Under the pieces are notes generated by a model. The model did not search any database. It saw nothing but the letters and a program-made list of their open reading frames with translations, and was not told where the DNA came from. A stretch of 63,933 nucleotides of DNA, counting the filler. It is 5 parts of 5 records of this genome, joined end to end, with 100 filler letters (N's around TTAATTAATTAA, not from the genome) between each part and the next. Parts side by side here need not be neighbours in the genome. Positions count along the whole stretch, not along the records: positions 58,930 to 63,933 come from DRR378314_1468; 4 more parts are not named here. One strand, written 5' to 3'. Numbering within the stretch: the first letter of the stretch is position 1; each line of letters begins with the position of its first letter. Shown in pieces: positions 63,753 to 63,933 of the stretch. The translations under genes were made by a program, and so were the position numbers.

Positions 63753-63933
63753 ATGAAGATTATTATTTTGGGTGCCGGCCAAGTTGGTGCCACCCTGGCG
63801 GAGCACCTTGCCCGCGAAGAGAATGACATCACCGTTGTCGATACCGACGGCGCAAAACTGCGCGAACTGCACACCAAACTGGATATCCGCACCGTGACGG
63901 GCTCGGCTTCGTATCCCATTGTGCTGCGTCAGG
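63753..63933 (+). CDS. trkA: Trk system potassium uptake NAD-binding protein, truncated by window end
   Basis: [32 protein letters not shown]...[13 protein letters not shown], the GxGxxG RCK N-terminus. Confidence 0.95.
   Translation, partial: MKIIILGAGQVGATLAEHLAREENDITVVDTDGAKLRELHTKLDIRTVTGSASYPIVLRQ

Noticed and set aside
43440-63933. Apparent potassium gene cluster, or HGT of kdp/trk into the eukaryote
   Set aside because: The channel and kdp/trk lie on different contigs from different domains of life, joined artificially.

Overview
This window is not one locus. It is five unrelated contigs joined by artificial 100-nt linkers (N44-TTAATTAATTAA-N44) at 12450, 33572, 47996 and 58830. Contigs 1-4 (1-58829) come from a GC-rich, intron-rich microbial eukaryote that uses the standard genetic code, with 5' splice sites mostly GT(A/G)CG(T/C). 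Genes rebuilt by hand from exons: an equilibrative nucleoside transporter, GSK3/shaggy kinase, a signal-peptide HPD-less J-like membrane protein, ATG12, eEF2, histone H1, katanin p60, a VIT1/CCC1 iron transporter, an intronless KCNH/CNBD-type channel, an OS-9/ERLEC1-like lectin and NFS1. Contig 5 (58930-63933) is gammaproteobacterial (Halomonadaceae-like by inference) and carries kdpFABC divergent from trkA. The best-supported novelty is a 2-nt micro-exon (TG) that gives ATG12 the correct frame and length. Weaker leads are further 3-4 nt micro-exon candidates and a densely base-paired 1.3-kb first intron of eEF2 containing a box C/D-like element. Gene models were assembled by eye with no alignments or RNA data. 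The stretches at about 28.5-33.5 kb, 6.6-8.4 kb and 9.2-11 kb remain unresolved.
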